A DNA stretch of 64,000 nt from the human T2T-CHM13v2.0 reference genome, Homo sapiens, in the NCBI RefSeq assembly GCF_009914755.1, contig NC_060931.1; one strand, written 5' to 3'. The notes beneath the pieces were generated by a model. The model had not been told where the DNA came from and ran no database searches. It worked only from the letters and a program-made list of their open reading frames with translations. A program made the position numbers and the translations under genes. Positions 42,461-51,935 of this stretch are shown piece after piece. Position 1 is the first letter of the stretch, and each line of letters begins with the position of its first letter.

Positions 42461-43960
42461 CTTGAAGGAGAGGTTAATTAAATCCTGTTGTGGGGTTTGA
42501 GGGCCGGAATTTAATTTTTGGAGTTTTATTTAATGTCGGGAGCAGATTGGGTAATAAAATGTATATTGAGAATAAGATGGCCTTTTGACCTTTTAGGGTC
42601 TAGGGGTGTAAAGCCTCTCAGGGTTGCTGCCGAACAAGCCATGAACTGGGCTGGGTTTTTATATTTGATGAAAAAGAGCCTAAACGCTATCCAATTTGGG
42701 ATAAAGAAAAAGGAGCATTAACCTTGACTATGCCTTTGGCTCCAGCCACCTTTTTAAGAGTAAATTGCTGGGCAGGTTGGGGAGGGCTAGTCACGGAACG
42801 AAACTGTAAGCCTGACCAGGTGTGAGGAGGGGAGGCAATAAAAAGATTATAGGGTGGAGGAGCAGAGGCTGAGGAAGCATTGGGACCTAGCTCGGCCTGG
42901 CAAGGAGGGGAGAGGTCAGATGGGTCTGTAGAAAAGGAAGATTAGAAAGACTCAGCGACGCTTGGGGTTGGGACTGAGGGGACAGGCAGGAGGGAAAGAA
43001 GGAAGATTTGGGAGGAGTTGCACTGGGCACAGAGACTAGGAAGGGACTGATGTGTAAAAGAATGCCTGAACGTCAGGCACCTCAGACCGTTTGCCTATTT
43101 TACGACAAGAATTATTTAGATCTTGCAGGATGGAAAAATTCAAAGTGCCATTTTCTGGCTATTTGGAACTACTGTTGAGTTTGTATTGGGGTCAAGTGGC
43201 ATTGCAGAAGAAAATAAGGCATTTAGGTTTTAGGTCAGTTGTGAGTTGAAGAGGTTTTAAGTTCTTGAGCCACAGGCTAAGGGAGAAGAAGGAGGAATGG
43301 AGGTTGGAAGGTTGCCCATAGTGAAGGAAGCAAACCCAGAGAAAAGAGAGTGTAGAGACACGGAGGGAAGGGGTTTGGGGGTTCTTGCCCCCTAGAAAAG
43401 AGGGACTTGCCACTAAGGGTGAAGGAGAAGGGGTTGAGGGGTACTTGCCCCTGCCCCAGGAAAGCGGGACTTGCCGCTAAGGGTGAAGGAGAAGGGGTTG
43501 AGGGGTACTTGCCCCTGCCCCAGGAAAGCAGAGAAGGGGTAGAGACAAGGAGAGAAGGGGTTGGGGTACTTGCCCCTTCCCTGGAAAAGCAGAGAAGGGG
43601 TAGAGACAAGGAGAGAAGGGGTTGGGGTACTTGCCCCTTCCCCAGAAAAGCGGGACTTGCCGCTAAGGGTGAAGGACCAAGGCAGGCGTCCCTGCATGGT
43701 CTGACACCCTTGAAACGTGGGTGTATAATCAGAGAGGTGTCCCTGCAATGATTAAACACCAAGGGAAGGCTGCCTTCCCAGTCAGTGACCGGCGCCGGAG
43801 TTTTGGGTCCACGGATAAAACGTGTCTCTTTTGTCTCTACCAGAAAATGAAAGGAATTGAAATTAAGAGAAGGGAGAGATTGAAGTGTAGCACCAAGATT
43901 GAAAGGAGAAAGAGGTTGAGAGATAGTGAGGGAAGTTGGAGAAGAGAGTAAAAAGAGGCC

Positions 43961-43969
43961 GCTTACCGG
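43961..43969 (-). promoter_or_regulatory. HERV-H major splice donor
   Basis: Minus strand AATCCG|GTAAGC, about 150 nt downstream of the 5' LTR. A second donor-like site GAAG|GTAAGC lies at 42041-42050. Confidence 0.8.
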
Positions 43970-44092
43970 ATTTGAAATTGGTGAGATGTTTCTTGGGCTG
44001 GTTGGTCTGAGGACCTGAGGTTGTAGGTGGATCTTTCTCACGGAGCAAAGAGCAGGAGGACGGGGATTGATCTCCCAAGGGAGGTCCCCCGA

Positions 44093-44110
44093 TCCTGGGT
44101 TTCGGCACCA
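44093..44110 (-). other. Primer-binding site complementary to tRNA-Phe
   Basis: TGGTGCCGAAACCCAGGA matches the tRNA-Phe PBS TGGTGCCGAAACCCGGGA at 17/18 positions. The His PBS would be TGGTGCCGTGACTCGGAT. Confidence 0.9.
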
Positions 44111-44112
44111 AA

Positions 44113-44583
44113 TTTCATGCGTGTACATGTGAAGAGACCACCAAACAGGCTTTGTGTGAGCAACATGGCTGTTTATTTCACCTGGGTGCAGGTGGGCTGA
44201 GTCTGAAAAGAGAGTCAGCGAAGGGAGATGGGGTGGGGCCATTTTATAGGATTTGGGAAGGTAATGGAAAATTACAGTCAAAGGGGCTTGTTCTCTGGTG
44301 GGCAGGGGTGGAGCTCACAAAGTACATTCTCAAGGGTGGGGAGAATTACAAAGAACCTTCTTAAGGGTGGGGGAGACTACAAAGTACCTTCTTAAGGGTG
44401 GGGGAGATTACAAAGTACATTGACCAGTTAGGGTGGGGTAGGAACAAATCACAATGGTGGAATGTCATCAGTTAAGGCTGTTTTTACTTCTTTTGTGGAT
44501 CTTCAGTTACTTCAGGCCATCTGGATGTATACGTGCAAGTCACAGGAGATGCGATGGCCTGGCCTGGGCTCAGAGGCCCGACA
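44113..44583 (-). promoter_or_regulatory. HERV-H 5' LTR (LTR7Y-like) promoter/enhancer
   Basis: TATAAAA at 44242-44248, ~31-bp U3 tandem repeats, and five CCCCACCC (KLF/SP-type) motifs. Confidence 0.9.
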
Positions 44584-45308
44584 TGATCGAAATAATTTTT
44601 ATATTAAATATGCCTAAATAGTTAGAGATAGGCCATATTTAAAAATCTGATTTACAAAACAAAAAGAGACAGGATTATAAAAAAAAGAATGTCACCATTA
44701 ATAGCAAAATAATGGTTTACTATCTTTTCTTTGACTTTATTTATAGTAGAAACACAGTTTATAGGTCACAGTAGTAAACACGGTTCAGGCCTCCTCTTTA
44801 TTAAAGATTAAAAATGTTTAGATGAACCTGCATTTTCTTTAATGCCAGAGTGAACGTCAGTAAAAACAGTATTTGGCAAAGCAGCTATTAGTTTTTGATG
44901 GGTTAAAATAGATACATCGTCTAGACTTTTTTGCTTATAAATTGTCATGATGCCATTTTTGGATGAGTTGTAAATATAATTCCTCCCTTCATCCTTGCCA
45001 CTCCATCCTAGAATTCTATATTATTTCTTCAAAGTATAGAATATATTACATATTCTCCATAATTGCATAAATTACTGTCAATGTTTAATTCTCAGTACAT
45101 CTATTGATATGATTGGGCTGTGTGTCTCCACCCAAATCTCATATTGAATTTGGATCCCTCATGTTAGACTTGGGGCCTGTTGGGAGGTTATTGGATCATG
45201 GAGGTGGTTTCTAATGGTTTAGCACCATTCTCCTAGTGCAGTCTTGTGATAGAGTTCTCATGAGATCTGGTTGTTTGAAAGTGTGTAGCATCTTGCCCTT
45301 TGCTGTTT

Positions 45309-45310
<2 letters not shown>

Positions 45311-45342
<32 letters not shown>

Positions 45343-46110
45343 CCCCTCCCCCCTCTCTCCCTCTCCCTCTCTCCCTCTCCCTCCCTCTCTCCCTCTCCCT
45401 CCCTCTCTCCCTCTCCCTCCCTCTCTCCCTCTCCCTCCCTCTCTCCCTCTCCCTCCCTCTCTCCCTCTCCCTCTCCCTCCCTCTCTCCCTCTCTCCCTCT
45501 CTCCCTCTCTCCCTCTCTCCCTCTCTCCCTCTCTCTCTCTCACTCTCTCTCCCTCTCCCTCTCTCCCTCTCTCCCTCTCCCTCCCTCTCTCCCTCTCCCT
45601 CCCTCTCTCCCTCTCCCTCCCTCTCCCTCCCTCTCTCCCTCTCCCCCTCTCCCTCTCCCTCCCTCTCTCCCTCTCTCCCTCTCTCCCTCTCTCTCTCTCA
45701 CTCTCTCTCCCTCTCTCCCTCTCCCTCCCTCTCTCCCTCTCCCTCCCTCTCTCCCTCTCCCTCCCTCTCTCCCTCTCCCTCCCTCTCTCCCTCTCTCCCT
45801 CTCTCCCTCTCTCCCTCTCTCCCTCTCTCCCTCTCTCCCTCTCTCTCTCTCTCTCTCACTCTCTCTCACTCTCCCTCTCTCTCTCCCTCCCTCTCTCCCT
45901 CTCCCTCTCCCTCTCCCTCCCTCCCTCCCTCTCTCCCTCTCTCCCTCTCTCTCTCTCACTCTCTCTCACTCTCCCTCTCTCTCTCTCCCTCCCTCTCTCC
46001 CTCTCCCTCCCTCCCTCCCTCTCTCCCTCTCTCCCTCTCTCCCTCTCTCCCTCTCTCCCTCTCTCTCTCCCTCCCTCTCTCTCTCTCTCTCTCTCCCTCT
46101 CTCTCTCTCC
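45311..46110. repeat. ~800-bp polypyrimidine (CT/CCCT) compound tandem repeat
   Basis: Almost purely C and T, with 18-mer ctccctccctctctccct and 10-mer ctccctctct units and rare ctca interruptions. Confidence 0.97.
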
Positions 46111-46947
46111 CCCCCAACCCCCCTGCTGCCGGCCATGTGAATATGTGCTTGCTTCCCATTCACCTTCTGCCATGCTTGTAAGTTTCCTTATGCCTCCCTA
46201 GAAGCAGAAGCCTGTATAGCCTGCAGAACCATGAGCCAATTAAACCTAATTTATTTATAAATTATCCAGTCTCAAATATTTTAGAGCAAGGCGAAAATGG
46301 AATAATACAGAAAATTGGTACCAGATGAGTGGGGCATTTCTATAAAGATGCCCAAAAATGTGGAAGTGACTTTGGAACTGGGTAATGGGCAGAGGTAGAA
46401 ACAGTTTGGAAGGCTCAGAAAAACACAGAAAGACGAGGGAAAGTTTGGAACTCTAGAGACTTGTTATATTATTGTGACCAAAATGCTGATAATGATATGG
46501 ACAGTGAAGTCCAGGCTGAGGCAGTCTCAGAGGGAGATGAGGGACTTATTGGGAATTGGAGCAAAGGTCACTCTTGCTATGCTTTAGCAAAGAGACTGGC
46601 AGCATTGTGCCCCTGCTCTAGGGATCTGTTGAACTTTGAACTTGAGAGAGATTATTTAGGGTATCTGGTGGAAGAAATTTCTAAGCAGCAAAGCATTCAA
46701 GTTCTGACCTGGCTGCTTCTAAAAGCATTTGCTCATATGTGTGTGAAAAGAGATTAGCTGAAACTGGAACTTATATTTAAAAAGGAAGCAGAGTATAAAA
46801 GTTTGAGAAACTTGCTGCTTGACCACATGGTAGAAAAGAAAAACCCATTTTCTGTGGAGAAATTCAAGCTGGCAGCAGAAATTTACATAAATAATGAGGA
46901 GCTGAATGTTAGCAGCCAAGACAATGGGGAAAATGCCTTAAAGACAT

Positions 46948-47317
46948 TGGTATAGTTTGGCCTTGTGTCTCCACCCAAATCTCACCTCCAATTGTAATCC
47001 CCATAATCACCACGTCTCAAGGGTAGGACCAGGTGGAGATAATTGGATCACGGGGCAGTTTCCCCTATGCTGTTCTCCTGATAGTGAGTGAGTTCTACCA
47101 GTATTTTTATTAAGCATTGGGCATTTCCTCTGCTTGCACTCACTTCATCCTGCTGCCCTGTGAAGAAGGTGCCTGCTTCTCCTTTGCCTTTCACCATGGT
47201 TGTAAGTGTCCTGAGGGTCCCCAGCAATGTGGAATTGTGAGTCAATTGAACTCTTTTCTTTATAAATTACTCAGTCTCAGGTATTTCTTCATAGCAGTGT
47301 GAGAAAAAACTAATATA
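46948..47317 (+). mobile_element. THE1C/THE1D-like solo LTR nested in the MST internal region
   Basis: 370-bp LTR tggtatagtttgg...actaatata. TSD gacat/ggcat. Confidence 0.88.
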
Positions 47318-50300
47318 GGCATTTCAGACACCTTTGCAGCAGCCCCTCCCATCACAGATCTGGAAGCTTAGGAGGGAAAAATGGTTTCATGGGCCAGGCC
47401 TGGGACCCCAGTGATCTGTGTAGCCTTGGGACATGGTGCCTTGCATTGCAGCTGCTCCAGCCATGGCTAAAAGGGGCCAAGGTACAGCTGAGGCTGCTGC
47501 TTCAGTGGGTACAAGCTGCAATCCTTGGTGGCTTCTGTGTGGTGTTAAACCTGTGGGTGCACAGAAGGCAAGATTTGAGGCTTGGGAGCCTCCACTTAGA
47601 TTTCAGAGGATGTATGGAAATGCCTGGATGTCCAGGCAGAAGTCTGCTGTAGGGACAGAACCGTTATGGAAAACCTCTACTAGGGGAGTACAAGGGGGAA
47701 ATGTGGAGTTGGGGCCCCACACAGAATCCTCATTGGGGCACTGCCTAATGGAATTGTGAGAAGTGGACTATTGTCCTGCAGACTCCAAAATGGTAGATCC
47801 ACCAGCAGCTTGCGCCCTGTAACTGGAAAAGCTGCAGGCACTCAACACCAGCTCATGAAAGCAGCCGCAGGGCCTGTACCTTGCAGAGCCACAGGGCCAG
47901 AGCTCTCCAAGCCCTTGGGAGGCCACCTCTTGTGTCAGTGCAGTCTGGATGTAAGACATGGAGTCAAAGGAGATTATTTTGGAGCTTTAAGATTTAATGA
48001 CTGCCCTGCTAGATTTCAGACTTGCATGGGACCTGTAGCTCCTTTGTTTTGGCCAACTTTTCCCTTTTGGATAGGAGCATTTACCCAATACCTGTACCTC
48101 TATTGTATCTTGGAAGTCAGTAATTGTTTTTTATTTTACTTGCTTATAGACTGAAGGGACTTACCTTGTCATAGATGACACTTTGGGCTTGGACTTTTGA
48201 GGTAACGTGGAAATTTTGGGCTTGGACTTTTGAGGTAAGGTGGAAATGAGTTAAGACTTTGGAGAACTGTTGGAAAGGTATGATTGTGCTTTGAAATGTG
48301 AGAAGGACATGAGATTTTGATGGGGCAAGGGTCTCCACTGAAATCTCATGTTGAATTGTAATCTCATGTTGAATTGGAGGTGGGGCCTGGTGGGAAGTGA
48401 TTGGATCATGGAGGTGATTTCTAATGGTTTTGCACCATCCCCCTAATACAGTCTCTTAATAGAATTTTCAGAAGATCTGGTTGTTTGAAAGTGTGTAGCA
48501 CCTCCCTCTTTATGCTCTGTCTCTCCTGCCAGCATTTGAAGATATGCTTGCTTCCCCTTCACCTTCTCCAATGATTTTAAGTTTCATTAGGCCTAACCAG
48601 AAGCAGAAGCCTGTACAGCTTGCAGACCTGTGAGAAAATTAAACCTCTTTTATTTATAAATTACCCGGTCTCAGGTATTTCCTTACAGCAGTGTGAAAAT
48701 GAACTAATACATCTATATTGCATGCACATACCTATTAAAACTGTCTTATTCAAAAATTATTTAGAATTTGAAGCTACCGTGAAATAATATTTATTTTTAA
48801 ATTATTGTTTTTCTGTGTGAAATATAAATCACCTTGATTTAAGGAAGAGAAGATTCAACATCTTTTTATGTACAAATCATTTCATTTTATCTTCACAAAG
48901 TAAAAACTAGTTTAATACTAGCTAGAACTAGAAGCATCTCAGATATACTTTGAACTAAACAATCATTTATAGTAGATGTCACACAACACTAACAATTATG
49001 TTCTGCCAAGTATCTTATTTAGTTGTAATCATTTTATCCTGGAGGACATACTAGAGAGTTACACTGATGAAGACTGGATATTTTGTGGATCTTTTATTAA
49101 GATATATTTTCGTGGATAAGGTGAATGTAGGATATACCTGTTTAAATAGATTGTTACCATCATCACCACCACAACAGCAACAATAGTATTAAATAACCGT
49201 GGGTTTTCTTGAAGAAACTATCATGAGTTGTTCTTCTTTAACTAAGTGTTTTACTCCATACAGTGTATATAAGCAATGGATACAGGAATCAGGAATGTTG
49301 CTGATATTCTTGGTTGTATACAAAAAAATCAACATTTCCAAACCTCTTTCTGTGATATTGCTCTGATATTATTCAAAGACAAAATTAATTTTTCAATAAC
49401 TCAGACATAAGTAATTTTACTAAGAACTTGAGCTTTTATTAGAAAGAATAAAAACATAATTAATTGAATAATAAATGGTGACAACAGAGTTAGCATTTTT
49501 TTCTTCTCCTTTTTCAAATATTAATTATGTTAGCATGGTTAAATGACCTAGAGGTTCCTCTAATTTCAGAAACTTCTCTTCATCTTAAAGTCGAAGTGAG
49601 ATAACAGTGAGGATGAAGAAGGAAATAGTGTGAGACTCAGGATATTTAGGTAAGAAATTATCTTCCACATTTCCTTTTTCTCCCCTTATCATTTGAGTGA
49701 TATGTTTTGGAGAGTCAAAGCTAAGTTGGTGTCCAACAGAAACAGGACTGAAAAGGTTGTTTAAACCAGTTTTTTGCCTAGGCCTTGTGACAGAAGAGCT
49801 AAGGGGTGGTGTCTTCAAGGTCTTGAATGAGAAAAAACTCAGCTTTTCAGCTAAGTCGTCTTGTAAGCAATTGAGTTTAAAATCCTAGTTAACATTTTCA
49901 TGCGTTGCGGCTGATAGAGGATTTGAGGACCTGGTGATGCTGTTTATTTTACGCTGTGGCCTTGATGCACAAATGCTTTAAGGCCAAAAAGAGAGTGTTG
50001 CAGAAATGTATATAGCATCTGGTGTTCACACAACCTCAGAAATGCTTTTCAGCATTACTCCATATTTTACTTCAAGTGATTGTGATAGTAGACAGTGCTC
50101 TATTAATACTTGTTTTAAATTAGTTAAAATAAGAAGTAAGCAACATAGCACTCATGTACAATACAGTGAGGTATGCATGTATGTTTTAGGCAAATTTTAG
50201 TCATTTACATGTTCCTTCTTTATAAAAGATATCCCATTTCAGACTTGAATTTAATGTGCAATTTATTTAGTAGGACATTATATATTATGTCTTTCTTTTC

Positions 50301-50551
50301 AGAGTTTTTGGCATTTTAATCATAAAGGAGAGGCAGGCTAATATTAGTAGTTCAAAAAACAACAAGGTCAAAAGCGTAATATTATTCCTTCAACAACATT
50401 TCAAATTCTGAGTCAAGCAATTCATTTTTTATTTTTTAAGACATTTCTCTTTAGGATATACAGATATATACTTTGAAACAAGTGAAATTTGTAGTTTTAC
50501 ACCAAAATGGGCATTTGCACTTAATATACAAGCTGTCTTTGAAATAAATAG

Positions 50552-50854
<303 letters not shown>

Positions 50855-51319
50855 TCCTTTCGTATTATGTTTGATATGCTTTTTCTTTCCTGAATCAGTA
50901 AAATTTTGTGACATTTGAATGTTATATGCTGTTGTATGCTGTCCAAATAAATGTTATAATTGATAAATACTAAGTTAACTTGATTAGTAAATAGGCAAAA
51001 CTTGCAAAGCACAATCAAACCTCTGTTCTGACCTTTGAATCATGTGTTTTTCTTACACACCAGTTGGATTTGCTAGATGATTTCTATATCACCACTTGAG
51101 GCTATGTAGTTCGTGTCTTTTAGCTTTCTTATTATATCTTATAAATATTGGATAGTAGGAAATATTAGTAGTTAATTGAAATTAGTTTTGCCTTACAGTT
51201 CTTAAAATATTATTTTGATTCCTAAATTAAATTTTTCAATATGATTACTTTGCTTGCTTTTCTCAGAGATAACTTTTACTTTTAAAATCTTGAATAACTC
51301 TTTTCTATGAAAATCATAA

Positions 51320-51935
51320 TATAAAAATTGAATTTACATTCATAAGTCTATACCGATATAAATAAATGATTGATAAATAAATAAAAAGGAGAGAATAAAC
51401 AAATCTCTGTAAAAGAATTCCAAATGAGTATGTAGATAGTCCACCTTCAAAAAGGTGGAGCATGACTTTCTACTCCTTAAGCATGGGCTGCAGATAATGG
51501 CTTTCTTCCAGAATAAAGGGAAGAAAGTAGTAAATTCACAAAGGAGAACCTGAGAAGCATTATATCAGGTGATCGAGATTAAAGTCAGCAGAGATAAGAC
51601 ATGTTGATAGTATGTACTCTTGATATGACATGGAAAGAATGGCACTTTACCTCTATTCTTTCTCCCTAAAACCCATGACCTAAGTCTAATCATGAGAAAA
51701 ACATCAGAAAAAGTCCAACTGAGAAAAATTCTGCAAAATGCCTGGCCAATACTCTTTCAAACTATCAAGGTCATCAAAAACAAGGAAATACTGAGAAACT
51801 GTCACAGCCAAGAGAAGCCTAAGAAGAAATGACAAGTTGATGTCATGTGATATCTTGGATAGATTCCTAGAACAGCAAAAGAACATTAGGTAAAATCTAA
51901 GAAAATTTGAATAAAGTATGGTTTTCAGTTAATTG
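51320..51935 (+). mobile_element. L1MC/MD-like 3'UTR fragment
   Basis: Contains aaggtggagcatgac...ccttaagcatgggctg and aaactatcaaggtcatcaaaaacaaggaaa...gaaactgtcacagccaagag. Confidence 0.75.

Larger units (their letters stand above)
43277..44281 (-). other. Open HERV-H LTR/leader reading frame, ESRG-like; 283 aa from the ATG at 44128; coding status unknown
   Basis: LTLFSDSAHLHPGEINSHVAHTKPVWWSLH...PPALCSVRKIHLQPQVLRPTSPRNISPISNPVSGLFLL resembles, from recall, the HERV-H-derived ESRG predicted protein. Confidence 0.5.
39706..44583 (-). mobile_element. HERV-H provirus (LTR7Y/type Ia LTRs), internally deleted, 4878 bp
   Basis: Two LTRs of 472 and 471 bp, TSD TGATC at 39701-39705 and 44584-44588, PPT aagaaggcaggaa, a PBS, and gag, protease and RT remnants. 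Confidence 0.97.
45105..48711 (+). mobile_element. MSTA-like MaLR element, LTR-internal-LTR
   Basis: Perfect TSD TCTAT (45100-45104 / 48712-48716). 5' LTR 45105-46309, internal region starting gaaaattggtacc, 3' LTR ~48331-48711 with its start deleted. Confidence 0.93.

Noticed and set aside
44090-44110. tRNA-Phe 3'-end match as a tRNA gene or pseudogene
   Set aside because: Only ~21 nt including CCA, directly adjacent to the LTR; it is the PBS.
43277-44281. Calling this locus ESRG itself
   Set aside because: The similarity reflects shared HERV-H ancestry. The PBS-encoded segment and C-terminus differ from the recalled ESRG sequence.
45211-46201. Long ORFs in several frames (Leu/Ser/Pro-rich and Arg/Glu/Gly-rich)
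   Set aside because: Artefact of the CT repeat, which cannot encode stop codons on either strand.
51441-51458. Hairpin ccaccttcaaaaaggtgg as a terminator
   Set aside because: Short stem inside an L1M 3'UTR; intrinsic terminators are not relevant in this eukaryotic context.
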